From NCBI GenBank assembly GCA_003697105.1, contig RFFQ01000034.1, positions 1 through 40,880 of the forward strand: 40,880 nucleotides of DNA, read 5' to 3'. The position numbers and the translations under genes are program-made. This document shows positions 37,859 through 40,880 of the stretch, in pieces. The stretch comes from Gemmatimonadota bacterium (GTDB lineage Bacteria > 4572-55 > J002). The notes under the pieces were generated by a model. It searched no databases. It saw nothing but the letters and a program-made list of their open reading frames with translations, and was not told the DNA's origin. Numbering within the stretch: the first letter of the stretch is position 1; each line of letters begins with the position of its first letter.

Positions 37859-39370
37859 ATGAATGTAAAATATATTATTATTTTGATGGGGCTGGGACTT
37901 TTGACTGTGCTGATCAGCAGTTGTGAACATGAAGTGGACCTGCCGGAAATATCCGGTGATGTGACCTTTGCCGACGTTAAAAGTGAAGTATTTGAAGCCA
38001 GTTGTAAATCCTGCCATATTGATGCCTCTAGCGGCGGTTTGAATCTCGCATCGTATGACAATCTGGTGGGGGTGATGAGTTCCAACCCCCCGTATCTGCT
38101 GATCGAACCCAATAATGTGGCAGACTCCTACATCTACATGAAATTAATCAACGATTCCCGCATCACCGGCGACCCCATGCCGCAGGGCGGGACCATCTCG
38201 CAATACCAGTTGAACTTGCTCACGGCGTGGATTGAAAACGGTGCACCGGAAGGATTTGTAGATCGTACTGTCGCGACAATTGAACTGGAGCCAACCGCCA
38301 TCACAATGCCGCTGGGTACCACAGCAACATTGAGCGCAACGGCTAAAAATGCCGCCGGTGATGTATTATCCGGTGTTGATTTTGGCTGGAGCAGCTCCGA
38401 TGAAACGGTTGTCACCGTCATGCCCTCTGTCGGTAATACCTCGCAAGCCACGTTGACCGCAACGTTCGCTGGAGCGGGGGTTCAATCGGCGACGGTTACC
38501 GTACAAGCCGGTGAGGTTTCCGCAACAGTAACGGTCACCGTAGAAGGCGTTAGCACCATCCATTTGAATGTGGAAACATTGGCATTGGCTGAAGGGGGAT
38601 CTGCCCAATTAACAGCAACGGCACAAACAGCTTCCGCAGTTGATCTACCGACGGTCACCGATTTTACGTGGAGCAGTTCTGCGCCGGCAATTGCCACCGT
38701 CGATCAAAACGGACACGTCACAGCGCTCAGTGCGGGTATAGCCGAAATCACAGCCAGTTATGCGAGTGTGGTCAGTAATGCCTGTGAAGTAACGGTGACG
38801 GCAACGGATCCAGCGGAACGGGTAACCTCCATTACCCTAAGTCCAGAATCGACCCTGCTCGGTGTAGGGGAAACGGTCACCCTCACCGCAACCGCGTTTG
38901 ATTCGCTAGGGAGTACCATCGATGTCACGTTTGACTGGACTTCGGATAACCCGGAGGTGGCAACCGTCAATTCCAGCGGAAATGTGACCGCGCTCACTTA
39001 CGGAACAGCGAACATCACCGCCAGTGTCCGCAGCGGCGCCGTGGTCAGCAATGCCGCCCAAATTCGGGTGGAAGCCACGTTAAGCGCGGTGCAGAGTGCC
39101 GTTTTTAATAATTGTACGGGGTGTCATGGGGGTGCCGGCAATCTCTATCTTACGGATGGCGATTCCTACAACAATCTGGTAAACGTGCCAGCAACCGGCA
39201 ACGCCAGTTTTATGCGGGTTTCTCCCGGCGACCCCGCCAATTCGTATCTGTATATGAAAGTTACCGGCGATGTACGTGCCGGAGATCAGATGCCGTTGGG
39301 GGGGCAATTGACCGCAGAACAGATTGAAATGATCGAAAACTGGATTCAAAACGGCGCACAGGATAACTAA
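37859..39370 (+). CDS. Lipoprotein: cytochrome c, three Big_2 Ig-like repeats, cytochrome c
   Basis: AGGAG RBS and lipobox ISSC. CKSCH and CTGCH domains. Three W-S/T-S-S/D Ig repeats (WSSSDETVVTV, WSSSAPAIATV, WTSDNPEVATV). Confidence 0.87.
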   Translation: MNVKYIIILMGLGLLTVLISSCEHEVDLPEISGDVTFADVKSEVFEASCKSCHIDASSGGLNLASYDNLVGVMSSNPPYLLIEPNNVADSYIYMKLINDSRITGDPMPQGGTISQYQLNLLTAWIENGAPEGFVDRTVATIELEPTAITMPLGTTATLSATAKNAAGDVLSGVDFGWSSSDETVVTVMPSVGNTSQATLTATFAGAGVQSATVTVQAGEVSATVTVTVEGVSTIHLNVETLALAEGGSAQLTATAQTASAVDLPTVTDFTWSSSAPAIATVDQNGHVTALSAGIAEITASYASVVSNACEVTVTATDPAERVTSITLSPESTLLGVGETVTLTATAFDSLGSTIDVTFDWTSDNPEVATVNSSGNVTALTYGTANITASVRSGAVVSNAAQIRVEATLSAVQSAVFNNCTGCHGGAGNLYLTDGDSYNNLVNVPATGNASFMRVSPGDPANSYLYMKVTGDVRAGDQMPLGGQLTAEQIEMIENWIQNGAQDN

Positions 39371-39387
39371 TCCACGCACACGAAATC

Positions 39388-39416
39388 TTTACAAAACGCT
39401 CGTTTTGCATTACATT
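39388..39416 (+). promoter_or_regulatory. Putative sigma70 promoter for the hypothetical gene and glnS
   Basis: TTTACA-N17-TACATT. Confidence 0.45.
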
Positions 39417-39455
39417 AAGTCGAAGATCAACCCCCATCTTCGACTTAATTTTTTT
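39414..39455 (+). terminator. Intrinsic terminator ending the cytochrome cluster
   Basis: 14-bp perfect stem ATTAAGTCGAAGAT/ATCTTCGACTTAAT followed by T6. Confidence 0.75.
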
Positions 39456-39475
39456 AAGGATGAAAGGTATCTATC

Positions 39476-40033
39476 ATGGCTGAAGAAAGTAGTTGGATAA
39501 GCTATACGGAGCGGTTGGAGTCCCTCACGGAGGAAGAATTGACACGGGTGATGGACACCCTTTTCCCCATTTTAAAGAAGGAAGGGGTTTTCGCCAAAGT
39601 GATCGGGCGCAATAGCCAACTTCAAAAGAAGTATTTCCCCGGGATGCGGATGACCAAAATTCAACCCTCGATGTTTAAGCGGGCAGTTCAAAGAGCAATC
39701 CGCTCAAACGATGATTTTTTCCTCGGACCGCTCATCATCGAAAAGTGGTTATCCCTTTATGGTGAGATTGAAATGAGCATCTCACAATTCTTGGAGAATA
39801 CCGAGCAACTAGCGGCATATGAGGCATACCGTACGGATACCGATCCGGAAGCGGACAATTTAGTTTTCGCCGTCCACTATTTGCTATACCAACAACAACT
39901 CGACGAAGGAGACCTCCGGCTGTTCCTCAAGCTCAGTGGCGGGTTTGATGAACCGTTATTTATGCAGCAGGTACAACGCGCCGCAGAAATTGAAAACGCC
40001 ATGAAAACCGAAAATCAAGGAGAAACATCGTGA
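39476..40033 (+). CDS. Hypothetical protein
   Basis: 185 aa ORF, stop overlaps the glnS start (GTGA). Confidence 0.75.
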   Translation: MAEESSWISYTERLESLTEEELTRVMDTLFPILKKEGVFAKVIGRNSQLQKKYFPGMRMTKIQPSMFKRAVQRAIRSNDDFFLGPLIIEKWLSLYGEIEMSISQFLENTEQLAAYEAYRTDTDPEADNLVFAVHYLLYQQQLDEGDLRLFLKLSGGFDEPLFMQQVQRAAEIENAMKTENQGETS

Positions 40034-40880
40034 GTGAACATGAAAAAAAACCATCCCATTTTATCCGGGACATCATCATTGAAGATTTGAAAGCCGGTAA
40101 AAATGACAAACGTGTCCACACCCGCTTCCCACCGGAACCAAACGGCTATTTGCATATTGGTCACGCGAAGTCGATCTTGCTAAATTACGGGTTGGCAAAG
40201 GAATTTGGGGGCAAGTTCAACTTGCGCTTCGATGATACCAATCCCATCAAAGAAGAACAAGAATATGTGGATGCCATCATGGAGGACATCAAATGGTTGG
40301 GGGCAGATTGGGAAGACCGGCTCTTTTTTGCTTCGGATTATTTTGACCAACTGTATGAATGGGCGATCAAACTTATTAAAAAGGGTAAAGCGTATGTCTG
40401 CGATCTGACGGCAGATGAAATCCGAGAATATCGGGGTACGCTCACCGAACCGGGCAAAAACAGCCCCTACCGGGATCGCTCCATTGAGGAAAACCTCGAC
40501 CTGTTTGAACGAATGAAAGCCGGTGAGTTCCCGGATGGGTCAAAAACCTTGCGGGCAAAAATCGATATGAGTGCCCCGAATCTGAATCTACGAGACCCCG
40601 TGATGTACCGCATTTTACACGCCCACCACCACCGAACCGGTGATAAGTGGTGTATCTATCCCATGTATGATTGGGCACATGGACAATCGGACTCAATTGA
40701 AGGCATTACCCACTCGATCTGTACCCTAGAATTTGAAGACCATCGACCCCTTTACGACTGGTTCATCCGGGAATTGGGGATTTTTCAATCGCGCCAATAT
40801 GAATTTGCCCGCCTGAACCTGAATTACACGGTGATGAGCAAACGAAAACTACTGGAACTGGTCAAAGGGGGTTACGTGAA
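40030..40880 (+). CDS. glnS: Glutamine--tRNA ligase (5' part, truncated by the window edge)
   Basis: Manual translation from GTG 40030 (RBS AAGGAG): [11 protein letters not shown]...[17 protein letters not shown]...LRFDDTNP...[11 protein letters not shown]...HSICTLEF...VMSKRKL. Confidence 0.96.
   Translation, partial: MSEHEKKPSHFIRDIIIEDLKAGKNDKRVHTRFPPEPNGYLHIGHAKSILLNYGLAKEFGGKFNLRFDDTNPIKEEQEYVDAIMEDIKWLGADWEDRLFFASDYFDQLYEWAIKLIKKGKAYVCDLTADEIREYRGTLTEPGKNSPYRDRSIEENLDLFERMKAGEFPDGSKTLRAKIDMSAPNLNLRDPVMYRILHAHHHRTGDKWCIYPMYDWAHGQSDSIEGITHSICTLEFEDHRPLYDWFIRELGIFQSRQYEFARLNLNYTVMSKRKLLELVKGGYV

Noticed and set aside
40205-40696. Short ORFs near the right edge
   Set aside because: They are alternative-frame shadows of glnS
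1-40880. CRISPR arrays, tRNA/rRNA, transposases, integrases, prophage or defence systems
   Set aside because: None seen. The PLD protein is a lipoprotein and the patatin is an NTE-type cNMP protein with no cyclase or CD-NTase neighbour, so a CBASS-like reading is unsupported.

Overview
Gene-dense bacterial chromosomal segment of about 50% GC. I found no rRNA, tRNA, CRISPR array or intact mobile element. Secreted proteases, one with an NYPNPFNP/FlgD-Ig-type tail, plus lipoproteins and a DUF5777-like barrel suggest a diderm heterotroph, probably of or near the FCB superphylum (inference). In order it carries: tandem S8 proteases, an Sfp-type PPTase, a cupin, a MATE transporter, oligopeptidase B, an ECF sigma factor fused to a SAM-methyltransferase domain, a cNMP-patatin, an alpha/beta hydrolase, a beta/gamma-crystallin protein, rpmB, a PLD lipoprotein, GH57 with a priming sugar transferase, a TIGR01777 protein, a ROK kinase, a FolE2/MptA-like GTP cyclohydrolase with a RibD-C reductase, an M1 aminopeptidase, DUF4269, a PHP protein, a GAF-GAF histidine kinase, YtxJ, DUF3592, an SDR, three c-type cytochrome genes and the 5' part of glnS. 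The best novelty candidates are three: (1) an ECF sigma factor carrying a SahR-like SAM-binding domain; (2) a possible trans-envelope heme system (inner-membrane cytochrome, cytochrome c fused to an outer-membrane barrel, and a cytochrome-Ig3-cytochrome lipoprotein); (3) a long structured, possibly switchable 5' leader upstream of the folE2/ribD-C pair. Family calls come from motif recognition by eye; no database search was run.
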